Below are positions 38,966 to 49,480 of a DNA stretch of 64,000 nt, one piece after another (position 1 is the first letter of the stretch; every line of letters starts with the position of its first letter). Origin of the DNA: Atribacterota bacterium (lineage in GTDB: Bacteria; Atribacterota; Phoenicimicrobiia; Phoenicimicrobiales; Stramentimicrobiaceae); assembly GCA_040767965.1 (NCBI GenBank), contig JAXGNR010000004.1:320001-384000 (forward strand), in the 5' to 3' direction. Under the pieces are notes generated by a model. That model did no database searches. It was not told the DNA's origin and was given only the letters and a program-made list of their open reading frames with translations. Position numbers and translations under genes: made by a program.

Positions 38966-39988
38966 ATGAGAGCAAAAAATAATAGATCAATGATTTTTAC
39001 AGCAATTATTCTTGTGTTTACTGTAATTTTCTTATTCACCGGGATTTCTGCCCTGGCCAGTCCTTTAAAAATTGGAGTGAGCCAGATAGTAGAACATCCT
39101 GCTCTTGACAATTGTCGGGATGGCTTTGTAGATGGACTAGAAAAAGCAGGCTATGTTACAGGTGAAGATGTTGTTTATGATTTCCAAAATGCACAGGGAG
39201 AATTTAGCAATGCAATTTCTATTGCTCAGAAATTTAAAGATGATAAGGTAGATATGATTTTTGCAATTTCTACACCTATTGCCCAGGCGTCTGTCCAGGT
39301 TACTAACGATATTCCTATAATAATCTGCGCTATTACTGATCCGATAGCAGCGAATATTGCTGAAAGCTGGGAAAGCTCAGGAAATAATGTTACTGGAATG
39401 TCTGACGCAGCCCCCAATGAAGCACAATTAAAACTGATACCAAGATTTTTCCCTCAAGCAACGAAGGTGGGAACTATTTATAATGCAGGGGAGGCTAATT
39501 CTGTTGTCCAGGTTGAACTTTCCAGAGAAATATGCAAAGATCTAGGTTTAGAATTAGTCGAAACTACAGTCAGTAATTCTAATGAAGTTTTGATGGCTGC
39601 TCAATCCTTGGCTGGCAGAATTGATGTTTTTTATATTGTCACAGACAATGTTGCTGTTTCTGCTATCAGTTCAATTGTTAAAGTTTCTTTAGAGGAAAAA
39701 ATACCTATAATACTTGCTGATCCAACTAATGTTCCTGATGGTGGATTTGCCTCTTTTGGAATAGATTACTATACATTAGGGCAAAAAAGTGCTGAAAAAG
39801 CTGTCCAGGTTATTGAAGGAGCAGCCCCCAAAGAGATTCCTATCGGAAAACTCGATAAAGCTGATGAATTAAAATTTGTTATCAATATCGATGTAGCTCA
39901 GGAAATAGGAATTGCCATACCTGAAGAAATTTTACAGGAAGCTGATACTATTATTTTTAGTAGTACTAGCTGGAATCGCAGTGAATAG
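38966..39988 (+). CDS. ABC transporter substrate-binding protein (PF04392/TrpX-like; probably Tyr or other aromatic amino acid)
   Basis: Signal peptide; QIVEHPALD, NAQG, AITDP, NVTGMSD and EANS; Tyr-rich leader upstream. Confidence 0.88.
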   Translation: MRAKNNRSMIFTAIILVFTVIFLFTGISALASPLKIGVSQIVEHPALDNCRDGFVDGLEKAGYVTGEDVVYDFQNAQGEFSNAISIAQKFKDDKVDMIFAISTPIAQASVQVTNDIPIIICAITDPIAANIAESWESSGNNVTGMSDAAPNEAQLKLIPRFFPQATKVGTIYNAGEANSVVQVELSREICKDLGLELVETTVSNSNEVLMAAQSLAGRIDVFYIVTDNVAVSAISSIVKVSLEEKIPIILADPTNVPDGGFASFGIDYYTLGQKSAEKAVQVIEGAAPKEIPIGKLDKADELKFVINIDVAQEIGIAIPEEILQEADTIIFSSTSWNRSE

Positions 39989-40026
39989 ATTAAAGATATG
40001 TTAAAAAGAGGAGGAGTTAACATAAA

Positions 40027-40956
40027 ATGAGTTGGAGCTTAGTATTTCATGCAATAGAACAGGGACTTGTTTTTGGTCTGATGGCTTTAGGTGTTTATAT
40101 CACTTTTCAGGTTTTAGATTTCCCTGATTTGTCTGTTGATGGCAGCTTTCCTTTGGGTGCTGCTATTGCAGCCAAAATAATATTCTCAGGAGGACATCCT
40201 TTGGCTGCTATATTATTTGCAGTAATTGGTGGTATAATGGCAGGAGGTTTGACTGCTTTTTTCCATACCCGTCTTAAATTTACAAATCTTTTGTCTGGAA
40301 TATTAACTATGACTTTGTTGTATTCAGTAAACTTGAGGATTATGGGGAAATCCAATATTCCTTTATTAGGGAAAATTACTATTCTTGATAATATTAAAAG
40401 TTTGTTTCCTTTTTTGTCAACAGACCAGTTAACTCCTTTACTTTTTCTATTTATAGTAATTTTAGTAAAGTTATTACTTGACTATTTTTTATCTACAGAA
40501 ATTGGCATGACTATCAGGGCCACTGGAGATAATGAACAAATGATTCGCAGTCTGGGAGTAGATACAAAAGTAACCAAAATAATAGGATTATGCTTATCTA
40601 ATGGTTTAGTAGCATTTTCCGGAGCTTTATTTGCCCAATATTCTGGTTTTTCTGATGTTGGAATGGGTATAGGAACTATTGTATCAGGTCTGGCTTCTGT
40701 AATAATTGGAAGAAGCATAATTAAAAATGGTAGCATCTTTTGGATGACTACCAGTGTAATTATAGGTTCGATAATTTATCGTGCAACTGTAATGATTGCC
40801 TTAAGATATGGTTATCGTCTTGGGTTCCAACCAGGAGATTTAAAACTGATTTCTGTTGTTCTGGTAGTTATTGCCCTAACTTTCCCAATGGTCAGAGGGA
40901 GTGTAAATGCTATAATTGCCTCAAATGGTTCAGATACCACAGAAAAAGAAAAGTAA
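40027..40956 (+). CDS. ABC transporter permease (TrpY-like)
   Basis: FPDLSVDGSFPLG, LLSGIL, RATGDN and GMGIG. Confidence 0.9.
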   Translation: MSWSLVFHAIEQGLVFGLMALGVYITFQVLDFPDLSVDGSFPLGAAIAAKIIFSGGHPLAAILFAVIGGIMAGGLTAFFHTRLKFTNLLSGILTMTLLYSVNLRIMGKSNIPLLGKITILDNIKSLFPFLSTDQLTPLLFLFIVILVKLLLDYFLSTEIGMTIRATGDNEQMIRSLGVDTKVTKIIGLCLSNGLVAFSGALFAQYSGFSDVGMGIGTIVSGLASVIIGRSIIKNGSIFWMTTSVIIGSIIYRATVMIALRYGYRLGFQPGDLKLISVVLVVIALTFPMVRGSVNAIIASNGSDTTEKEK

Positions 40957-40972
40957 GAGGAGGATAATAACT

Positions 40973-41764
40973 ATGCTGCGTTTAAAGTCAGTATATAAAT
41001 GTTTTGCAAAAGGAACCACTTATGAAGTAAATGCTTTAACAGGTATTAGTCTAAAAATATCTGAAGGTGATTTTATAACTATAATCGGTAGTAATGGAGC
41101 AGGTAAATCTACTCTTTTAAATATTATATCAGGGACTATGTTACCGGATCGGGGAATCATTAAAATCAATAACCAGGATGTAACTAAGAAACCCGAGCAT
41201 TTTCGGGCAAAATATATTGGTAGAGTATTCCAGGATCCGTTAATGGGGACTGCACCATCTATGAGCATAGAAGAAAATCTTGCTCTTTCTATCCAGCGTT
41301 TTGGCAGAAGCTTAAGATTAGGCTTAAACAGTGAACGTAGGGAATATTTTCGAACAAAATTGGCAGAATTAGGACTAGGGCTAGAGGGAATGCTAAATAA
41401 GAAAGTTGCTTTATTGTCTGGAGGACAAAGACAAGCACTTACTATACTAATGGCTACCATGTTCGATCCCAAGATACTACTACTGGATGAACATACTGCT
41501 TCTCTGGATCCAGGTATAAGCAAAAAAATACAATCAATTACCCAGGAAATAGTAAAAGAAAAAAAATTAACTACTATTATGGTAACTCATAATATGCAAG
41601 AAGCATTGAGATTAGGCAATAGGACTATTATGATGGATCGTGGACGAGTTATTCTAGATATTTCCGGTAAAGAAAAAGAAAATGTTACAATTGATTATTT
41701 ATTGAAACAGTTTGCTAAGTTAAGAAAAGAAGAATACATCGAAGATGAATTAGTACTGGCTTAA
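40973..41764 (+). CDS. ABC transporter ATP-binding protein (TrpZ-like)
   Basis: GSNGAGKS, RVFQDP, LSGGQRQ and LLDEHTA. Start at the ATG after GAGGAGG. Confidence 0.9.
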   Translation: MLRLKSVYKCFAKGTTYEVNALTGISLKISEGDFITIIGSNGAGKSTLLNIISGTMLPDRGIIKINNQDVTKKPEHFRAKYIGRVFQDPLMGTAPSMSIEENLALSIQRFGRSLRLGLNSERREYFRTKLAELGLGLEGMLNKKVALLSGGQRQALTILMATMFDPKILLLDEHTASLDPGISKKIQSITQEIVKEKKLTTIMVTHNMQEALRLGNRTIMMDRGRVILDISGKEKENVTIDYLLKQFAKLRKEEYIEDELVLA

Positions 41765-41852
41765 TTTATAAATAAATTTCATACAGACAGATTAACCTAC
41801 AAAGTAATTATTTTGTTGTTTAAAAGAATTAATAAAAAGAATAAATAGACAT

Positions 41853-41885
41853 AAAAATCCCCGCATAATTTTGGGGATTTTTTAT
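41853..41885 (+). terminator. Intrinsic terminator after the ABC operon
   Basis: AAAAATCCCC-loop-GGGGATTTTT. Confidence 0.7.
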
Positions 41886-41979
41886 TTATGGTAAAATATA
41901 CTAAATAATTAAAAAAAGTTATAAGTTATTTTATTCAAATTTTTTAAGAAATGAAAAAGCAGAAAGTATCGGGGGACAC

Positions 41980-43182
41980 ATGACTAAAAAATTATACCAT
42001 CTGGACTCTTATCAAACTGAATTTAAAGCAGTTATTTTAGAAAAAAAATTAGAAAATAATAGGACTTATTTAATATTAGATCATACATATTTTTACCCCG
42101 AGGCAGGTGGACAATTATGTGACAAAGGTTTTATTGAAGGAATACCAGTCATTGATGTACAAGAGAGGAACGGGGAGATCTTGCATTTTTTAAAAGAGGA
42201 AATTGATAGCAATCCTGGTAGTACAGTAAAAGGAGAAATAGACTGGGAAATACGTTTTGATCATATGCAGCAGCATACCGGACAGCACCTTCTTTCAGCT
42301 GTCTTGCTGGATTTGTGGAATCTGGATACGCTTTCGTTTCATATGAGCGAAGATGTGTGCACAATAGATATTAATGATACTGAGATTGATGAAGCAAAAT
42401 TAAAATGCCTGGAAAAAAAAGTGAACAGCATTATTTATGCCAATAAGCCTATTTTAAATTATTATCTTGAAGACCAAAAAGAAAACTCAGGCAGTATTAA
42501 TATTAGAAAAATAGCTTCTCTACAGGAAAAAATGCGTATAATTGAAATTGAAAATGTTGATAAAAATGCCTGTGGAGGAACTCATTGCAAGGCAACTGGT
42601 GAAATAGGTGTAATAAAAATAATCAACTGGGAACACCGAAAAGAGAAACTAAGATTATATTTTTTGTGTGGCAAGAGAGCCTTACTGGATTATCAGCAAA
42701 AACACCAGATTACTAAACAATTAGCCAATTTCTTTACCACTGGTATTGATCAATTAATAAAGAAAATATTACAGATTAGCCAGGAACAAAAAAATCTAAG
42801 TAAGCAGTGCCGGGCACAAGAAAAAAAATTATTTTATTTAGAAGCAGAGAATCTGATAGATAAATACTGTGAAAAAATGGATGACTATTTTTTGATAAGC
42901 AATATATATTCAGAGATGTCTTTGGATAATATACGGCGAATAGTTTCAATATTGCTGAATAAATCAAATAACAAATACCTGATATCCATTGGGGCAAAAC
43001 AACCAGAACCTATTATTTGTTTAGCTTGTTTTCAAGGCTATCAAATAAATATGGGTGAGTTAGTTAAAAATATCTTATTAACTATTGACGGAAAAGGTGG
43101 AGGTTCTGATTATTTAGGAATTGCAAAACTTAAAAGAGTTAGCGATATTCCCTTGTTTATACAGAAAGCCTCAGGGAATTAG
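41980..43182 (+). CDS. Alanyl-tRNA editing protein (AlaX-L type, DHHA1-like C-terminus)
   Basis: FYPEAGGQ, HMQQHTGQH, CGGTH and GKGGG. Confidence 0.88.
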   Translation: MTKKLYHLDSYQTEFKAVILEKKLENNRTYLILDHTYFYPEAGGQLCDKGFIEGIPVIDVQERNGEILHFLKEEIDSNPGSTVKGEIDWEIRFDHMQQHTGQHLLSAVLLDLWNLDTLSFHMSEDVCTIDINDTEIDEAKLKCLEKKVNSIIYANKPILNYYLEDQKENSGSINIRKIASLQEKMRIIEIENVDKNACGGTHCKATGEIGVIKIINWEHRKEKLRLYFLCGKRALLDYQQKHQITKQLANFFTTGIDQLIKKILQISQEQKNLSKQCRAQEKKLFYLEAENLIDKYCEKMDDYFLISNIYSEMSLDNIRRIVSILLNKSNNKYLISIGAKQPEPIICLACFQGYQINMGELVKNILLTIDGKGGGSDYLGIAKLKRVSDIPLFIQKASGN

Positions 43183-43249
43183 TTAAAGTTAAGCAATAAC
43201 AAAATATTTCAATATCTAAAGATATATTAAAAAATATGAGAGAATAATA

Positions 43250-44392
43250 ATGTTTTCACCAAAGTACATTAAATATAAAATAGTAATTTTCCTTGCCTTA
43301 GCATTATTGATGCCATTTATTTCGATTAATGTTTACTGTTCGGACCGTGATTTTGAAAAAGAAGAAAAAATTGGACAGAAAATGGCAAACAGAATTGAAA
43401 AACGGTATGAGATAGTAGAAGATAAAGAAAATTTAGCCAGAATAAAAGAGATAGGATCTAACCTTATAAAAATATCAGATTTAAAAGAGATAAATTACCA
43501 GATTAAAATAATTGATAGAGAAGGACCGAATGCCTTTGCTTTCCCTGGTGGTTTTATTTATTTAACTGCTGATTTATTTGATCATATCCATTCAGATGAT
43601 GAATTAGCAGCAATTATAGCTCATGAGATGGGGCATATTATTCACCAGCATTCGATAAAACAGATGCAGGATAATCGAAAATTAAAATTAGTTGAATTAT
43701 TTGCTATTTTATTAACAGGTGATCCCGCAATCGGCTTGTTAAGTGAATTGACCACCATAACCATATTGAATTCATATAGTAGAGAATATGAAGAAGAAGC
43801 TGATTTTACCGCATTAGAGCTGTTAAATAAAAGTTCAAAATATAGTCCGGTAGGGCTATTGACCTATTTTGAGAGAATAAGCAGCGAACGATTTTTAAAA
43901 CCTACTGTTAATATGGGAATTTTTCAAACCCATCCAGAAATGAAAGAACGCATTAGAAGAGTTCAACAATTCTTGGATGAGAACAACATTCATATTGATA
44001 GAAGAAAAACCACAAATTATCTTACTGTTTCCGGGGTGGTGGATATTTTTAAAGATATTTCTATAGCGAGGATATTGATTGATGAAGAGGAAATTTTACA
44101 ATTTTCCGGTAAAGAAAGCACCGCCTATCAAAAAATAGATCAGATTTTGAAAAGATTAGACGAATCTTTAAAAATAAGTTTAGAACCTTATCAGATAACA
44201 CTATACACTGATACCAAGAGCAATACCTGTACTATGCGTATAGGTAATAATGTTATTATTTCTTTAGCAGATGAAGAGGTAGAATACCAGGGATTTACTT
44301 CGACAGAAGCGTTGGAAAAAACAAAAAAGAATATCTCTAATATCTTATGGAAGTTAAAATTAAAATTACCTGCTTTATTGCTAAATAGTTAA
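43250..44392 (+). CDS. M48 family metalloprotease (exported)
   Basis: PNAFAFPGG, HEMGH, YSREYEEEAD and THP..ER. Confidence 0.9.
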   Translation: MFSPKYIKYKIVIFLALALLMPFISINVYCSDRDFEKEEKIGQKMANRIEKRYEIVEDKENLARIKEIGSNLIKISDLKEINYQIKIIDREGPNAFAFPGGFIYLTADLFDHIHSDDELAAIIAHEMGHIIHQHSIKQMQDNRKLKLVELFAILLTGDPAIGLLSELTTITILNSYSREYEEEADFTALELLNKSSKYSPVGLLTYFERISSERFLKPTVNMGIFQTHPEMKERIRRVQQFLDENNIHIDRRKTTNYLTVSGVVDIFKDISIARILIDEEEILQFSGKESTAYQKIDQILKRLDESLKISLEPYQITLYTDTKSNTCTMRIGNNVIISLADEEVEYQGFTSTEALEKTKKNISNILWKLKLKLPALLLNS

Positions 44393-44412
44393 AAAAGTAA
44401 AAGGGATTAAAA

Positions 44413-44464
44413 AAAGAACAAAACCCGGGAGTCATTTTAAAATGACTCCCGGGTTTTGTTCTTT
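44413..44464. repeat. Perfect 52-bp palindrome; probable bidirectional terminator
   Basis: AAAGAACAAAACCCGGGAGTCATTTT|AAAATGACTCCCGGGTTTTGTTCTTT between convergent genes. Confidence 0.85.
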
Positions 44465-44501
44465 AAATATGTGCTAGTAAAAATTAACAATCATTATAAG
44501 T

Positions 44502-45845
44502 TTAGCCAAGTAAACCTACGCTATTTAAAAAGACCACAAATACAGCAATTGGAACTACATATTTAATCAAGAAAGAATAACTGGAGCCAATTTTAGTTTT
44601 AGCACCATTATTAGCTTCTTCTACAGCCTTATCAGTTCCCCAGAACCATCCTATAAACACTGCTATCAGTAATCCGCCTAAAGGAAGTAAAATATTGTTG
44701 GCAAAGAAGTCAAAAGAGTCCAGGATGTCAAACCCTTTAATTAGTTTTACATGTGAAAGGGTACTATATCCCAGAGATGGGAAGATTCCAAGTATCCAGA
44801 TTGCTATTCCCATTCCAATTGTCGCTTTTTTACGATTCCATTTAATTTCGTCAATAAAGTAGGCGGCAACAACTTCCAGGAGAGAAATTGCAGATGTTAA
44901 GGCTGCTACAGTTAACAGGATAAAGAATATAGTACCAAAAATGTGACCAGCGGCTCCCATTTGGGAAAAAACTGCCGGTAATGTTATAAATGTAAGGCCA
45001 GGTCCTGTGGCAGGTTCCAATCCAAAAGCAAACACTGCAGGGAAAATTACAAATCCTGCTAAAAGGGCAATAATGGTATCAAAAGTAACTACATATTTAG
45101 CATTTAATGGTATATCTTCGTCTTTTTTCAAATAACTGCCGTAAGTTATCATACAACCCATTCCCAGGCTTAAAGTAAAGAATACCTGTCCCAGAGCTGC
45201 TAAGAAACCTTCGGCATTAAATGCGCTGAAATCCGGTCTCAGATAGAAGGACAAACCTTCTCCAGCGCCAGGTAAAGTCACAGAACGAATTATCAGTACT
45301 ATAAGCAACAAAAACAATACAGGCATTAAAATTTTTGACCATTTTTCAATCCCATTTTCAATTCCGCCATAGACAATACCAATGCAGATAGCCATAAAAA
45401 GAGTGTGCCAGAAAATACCACCAAAGGTAGAGGCAATTGAACCAACAAAGATATTAGCGGCATCAGAACCGGCGGCCATATAAGCACCAGACTTAAAGAT
45501 ATAAGAAAGAGACCATCCCGCCACTACTGAATAGTAGGAAAGGATGATGAATCCAGCAAGGACACCCATAAATCCAACGATTATCCATGGACTACCTGGC
45601 GAAAGGGCACTATAAGCACCAACAGGATTCTTTTCAGTTTTACGTCCTAATAACAACTCAGAGGTCATAACCGGATAACCAATAAAAATTAACAACAGGA
45701 TATAAATTAATACAAATGCTCCTCCACCATATCTACCAGTGATATAGGGGAAACGCCAAATATTTCCCAGCCCGATAGCTGAACCGGCAGCTGCAGCAAT
45801 AAATCCTGCACGTGACTGCCAATGTCCTCTTCCATTTTCACTCAT
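44502..45845 (-). CDS. Sodium-dependent transporter (NSS/SNF family)
   Basis: GSAIGLGNIWRFPY, GQVFFTLSLG and GPGLTF. Confidence 0.93.
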   Translation of the reverse strand: MSENGRGHWQSRAGFIAAAAGSAIGLGNIWRFPYITGRYGGGAFVLIYILLLIFIGYPVMTSELLLGRKTEKNPVGAYSALSPGSPWIIVGFMGVLAGFIILSYYSVVAGWSLSYIFKSGAYMAAGSDAANIFVGSIASTFGGIFWHTLFMAICIGIVYGGIENGIEKWSKILMPVLFLLLIVLIIRSVTLPGAGEGLSFYLRPDFSAFNAEGFLAALGQVFFTLSLGMGCMITYGSYLKKDEDIPLNAKYVVTFDTIIALLAGFVIFPAVFAFGLEPATGPGLTFITLPAVFSQMGAAGHIFGTIFFILLTVAALTSAISLLEVVAAYFIDEIKWNRKKATIGMGIAIWILGIFPSLGYSTLSHVKLIKGFDILDSFDFFANNILLPLGGLLIAVFIGWFWGTDKAVEEANNGAKTKIGSSYSFLIKYVVPIAVFVVFLNSVGLLG

Positions 45846-46541
45846 TTTTTCATCTCCTTATTAATATTAATAATAAAATATAAGAATGCAATTTTAGTAA
45901 AGTAAATAATGTAACACAAGTAATAGAAATATTTTAAAAATTCTTTTTATTATCTAAATTAACACCTCCTTATTGCTATTATTTAATTAATATACTATAT
46001 AATATTCATATTCTCGTTTTCCCAATTAGCAAATTAATAAATAAGTATATTAAGTATATTTTGATATGTTAAGTCAAAAAAGTAATAAATGCAAGAGGAT
46101 ATACAAAAAATTATAAAGAACATAATAAACAAGCAAAGCTAGATAGTATTATAAAATTACTTTTCATTCCCTTAAATTATTTGTATTTTTTATCGAAAAG
46201 GCCAGTAAAAACTGCTTTTCGGATTATTAGAAGGTCATATTTATATAATTAATTTCAAAGTTTAGCACCTTTTATTGTTAATGTCAAAAAGAACTAAAGA
46301 CATTTTTATACTGCGATAAAATAAAAGTAAGCCAAGAAAATTGACATGATCAAAAAATTGTTTTAACAAACAGAAAAACACAATTCAAGAATCAGCTGTA
46401 ACAGAGTTTAATTATTGTTGAATTGCTATTCCTCTCTTGGTATATTATTAAACCAACTTTAGTTATAATTGAAAAGAAAAGAAAAAACTAGAAAATTTTA
46501 ACTCATTTTTTTTATTAAAAAATAAATAATAGGAGAATATT

Positions 46542-46862
46542 GTGTTAAAAGATCATTTTCAAGATAATAATTCTGAACATAATGATAATGATCTAGTAGG
46601 AGCCCTGGTGACAGTGAAAGGTAGGGTTCAGGGGGTTGCTTTTCGATATTATGCCCAAAACCAGGCAAGAAGGTTAGGCATAAAGGGATGGGTAACTAAT
46701 CTGATAAATGGAGATGTAGAATTACTGCTGGAAGGCAAAAAAAAATCAGTCTTGCAGATGATTCAATGGTGCAAAGAGGGACCCCGACTGGCAATTGTAG
46801 AAGATGTACAGATTGACTGGCAATTTTATTCTGGCAAATATTTTGATTTTAAAATAAGATAA
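46542..46862 (+). CDS. acyP: Acylphosphatase
   Basis: VKGRVQGVAFR, GWVTN and GP..A.V. Confidence 0.88.
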   Translation: MLKDHFQDNNSEHNDNDLVGALVTVKGRVQGVAFRYYAQNQARRLGIKGWVTNLINGDVELLLEGKKKSVLQMIQWCKEGPRLAIVEDVQIDWQFYSGKYFDFKIR

Positions 46863-46912
46863 AATTAAGAATATATCGAGAAAATAAAAAAATAACTATA
46901 AAAGGAAGAAAA

Positions 46913-47629
46913 ATGTTAGCATATCAAGAAGTTTCATATTTTGCAGCATTTCTAGCAGGATTGCTGTCTTTCTTGTCTCCTTGCATATTGCCTCTAGTGC
47001 CTGGATACATATCTTTTATTTCTGGAATCTCCCTGGAGGATTTAAACAAGAACGATAATAGAGACAAACAAACACTTTATCGTGTTTTATTAGGAGCATT
47101 ATTTTTTATACTAGGGTTTTCAGTGGTATTTATTTTATTAGGAGCATCAGCTACTTTTTTAGGGCAATTTTTACAGCAATATTCTGATTGGTTTAAAAGG
47201 GCAGGTGGAATAATTATAATTGTTTTTGGGCTGCATATGATGGGCATTATTAACATCCCCTTTTTGAATATGCAAAGAAAGTTTCAAACCAATTCCGAGT
47301 TCTCTTTTAATTTATTCTTCACTCCCTTTGTTATTGGCTTTGCTTTTGCTTTTGGCTGGACTCCCTGTATTGGCCCTATTTTGGCTACCATTCTGCTGTA
47401 TGCTGGAACTCAGGATACTGTTTTAAAAGGAATGAGCCTGTTGGCAGTTTACTCGCTGGGGCTGGCAGTTCCTTTTTTATTCACTGCGTTGGCAGTAAAT
47501 AAATTTTATCAGATAAGTGTTCAAATAAAGAAGTACTTCAGAATAATAGAATTGATTGGCGGAATAATGCTTATCTTAATTGGGATTTTTATTTTTAGTG
47601 ATAGTATAGTTAGTTTGCCTTTTCTGTAA
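46913..47629 (+). CDS. ccdA: CcdA/DsbD transmembrane electron-transfer protein
   Basis: LSFLSPCILPLVPGY and WTPCIGPIL. Confidence 0.9.
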   Translation: MLAYQEVSYFAAFLAGLLSFLSPCILPLVPGYISFISGISLEDLNKNDNRDKQTLYRVLLGALFFILGFSVVFILLGASATFLGQFLQQYSDWFKRAGGIIIIVFGLHMMGIINIPFLNMQRKFQTNSEFSFNLFFTPFVIGFAFAFGWTPCIGPILATILLYAGTQDTVLKGMSLLAVYSLGLAVPFLFTALAVNKFYQISVQIKKYFRIIELIGGIMLILIGIFIFSDSIVSLPFL

Positions 47630-47711
47630 GGCCATAGATTTGACACCGGAAAGTTATATTGTATAATATAATACAACGTAACAAGTATCATTTAAAAAGG
47701 CAGGAAATAAA

Positions 47712-48254
47712 ATGAAAATCATAAAAGAAAAACTAAAAGATAATTTTTTATTATTTTTTTTTCTAATAACAATACTTTTTATTATTTTTACAATAAACAC
47801 AGCAGGACAGTCAGATAGAGGAGTTGAAACTTTCAGCTGGTTACCATATGATCAAGCTTTGGCTAAGTCAAAAATAGAAAATATCCCTACTTTGATTTAT
47901 TTTTATGCTGAAAATTGTAGCTGGTGCAGGAAACTGGAAAATGAAACTTTTACCAATGAACAAGTGTATCAGATAATGAAAAATGATTTTTCCCTGGCAA
48001 GAGTTAATAGCAGTTCTGATAGCCTCTTAAAAAATAATGGAAGAAGTATGACTGAAAGACAATTATCAGAACAAATTTATCAGGTTAGAGGAAATCCGAC
48101 TGTCTGGTTTTTAGATAGCAAAGAAGAAAGAATTGCCCCTTTACCAGGATTTGCTCCAGCAGAAGATTTTATTCATATTTTAACTTATATAAAAGAAAAT
48201 CATTATGAAAAATACACTTTTCCAGAATACATGGAAAATATAACAAATAAATAA
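47712..48254 (+). CDS. Exported thioredoxin-fold protein (SoxW-like)
   Basis: N-terminal TM; CSWC; VRGNPT; follows ccdA. Confidence 0.85.
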   Translation: MKIIKEKLKDNFLLFFFLITILFIIFTINTAGQSDRGVETFSWLPYDQALAKSKIENIPTLIYFYAENCSWCRKLENETFTNEQVYQIMKNDFSLARVNSSSDSLLKNNGRSMTERQLSEQIYQVRGNPTVWFLDSKEERIAPLPGFAPAEDFIHILTYIKENHYEKYTFPEYMENITNK

Positions 48255-48326
48255 TTAGTTAATAAATATAAATATGTAAATTATTGACAGCAATATTTTT
48301 AGATTTTTTAAATATATTGTAAAATT

Positions 48327-48366
48327 AAAAAAGAGATAGTTGCAGATTGTAAACTATCTCTTTTTT
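48327..48366 (+). terminator. Intrinsic terminator after the thioredoxin gene
   Basis: AAAAAAGAGATAGTT-loop-AACTATCTCTTTTTT. Confidence 0.7.
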
Positions 48367-48442
48367 AATAATCGTAAATTATTAATTTCTATAAATTTAG
48401 TTTTCTTTAATTGAAAAAAACTAAAAAAAGAAAATTAGGTAG

Positions 48443-49414
48443 GTGGTATTATTGTCCTCAATTGAAATAGAGATAGGGCACATAATAAAAGGAATTAGAG
48501 AAATTTTACAAAATCAGAGAGCGGTAATAGCTTTTTCTGGAGGAATGGATAGCACCGTAGTATTACATCTGGCTAAAATAGCACTAGGTGCTGATATGTT
48601 GACAGCTGCAAATATAGAATTTGGCATTTTTACTTATCAGCAAGCCAGAAAAAATGTAGAAAGTATCACTCATTCTTTGCAAATCAAACTTACCTCTATT
48701 TCCGGAGAAAAAGAGCAGGCCGCCATTATGAAGCATGGCCCAGACTGTAATCTTTGTACCAGAAAAGTTAAACTGGGCCTGATTAAAAATAATTTTCCTC
48801 AAAATGTTATTTTAACCGGATCTAATCAAAGTGACAGCTGGGGAAGTTATGGGCTTGCATTTCATTCTGGATATTATGCTCCATTATTAAATTATAAAAA
48901 AGATACAATAGAAGATATTGCCCGGTATTTAGGAATAAGCATTAAGAGAATAGGAGAGAATAACTATCGTGAAGGATGTAAGCTAAAACATTTATTGAAA
49001 CCGATGGTAAACAAAGAATATCATGGTCTGGCAGTCAGTAAAGCTAACGAGATATTATTGTCTAGAATTAAAGAGGATGGATTTTCTACCAGAATTGCCA
49101 ATGTAAAAGTTATGGGTCCTTTAAGTAAAAATATTGCCCTGGTGAATATAGACCCAATGCCATCTAAAAAATGGTTAGCCGGGATTAAAAATGAAATAGA
49201 AAAATTAGCAGAGATTGAAGAATGTCAGGTGGTTGATAAACCTTTGGAAATATTAATCAAGGCTAACAAAGGACAATTTAATAATATGCGTTCAAGATAT
49301 TGGATTGAAAAAGGAAGGCTGCAGCCGGAATTTACTTTCCCTTTACAATGCAAATGGCTTCTGACTACTAATCACAGGTTGAAAACATTTCAAGTAGTTG
49401 ATTATAATATATAA
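48443..49414 (+). CDS. PP-loop ATPase, LarE/QueC(ExsB)-like
   Basis: AFSGGMDS, CNLC, GSNQSD and EGCKL. Confidence 0.7.
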   Translation: MVLLSSIEIEIGHIIKGIREILQNQRAVIAFSGGMDSTVVLHLAKIALGADMLTAANIEFGIFTYQQARKNVESITHSLQIKLTSISGEKEQAAIMKHGPDCNLCTRKVKLGLIKNNFPQNVILTGSNQSDSWGSYGLAFHSGYYAPLLNYKKDTIEDIARYLGISIKRIGENNYREGCKLKHLLKPMVNKEYHGLAVSKANEILLSRIKEDGFSTRIANVKVMGPLSKNIALVNIDPMPSKKWLAGIKNEIEKLAEIEECQVVDKPLEILIKANKGQFNNMRSRYWIEKGRLQPEFTFPLQCKWLLTTNHRLKTFQVVDYNI

Positions 49415-49480
49415 TAATCACTAAAAACAGATAATATTGAATTAAAATGATGAATAAAAAAATAAAAAAGGAGATTTATT

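Noticed and set aside
45846-46541. ~700-bp intergenic region as a possible sRNA or riboswitch
   Set aside because: Very AT-rich divergent promoter region with no recognisable RNA motif or stable stem.
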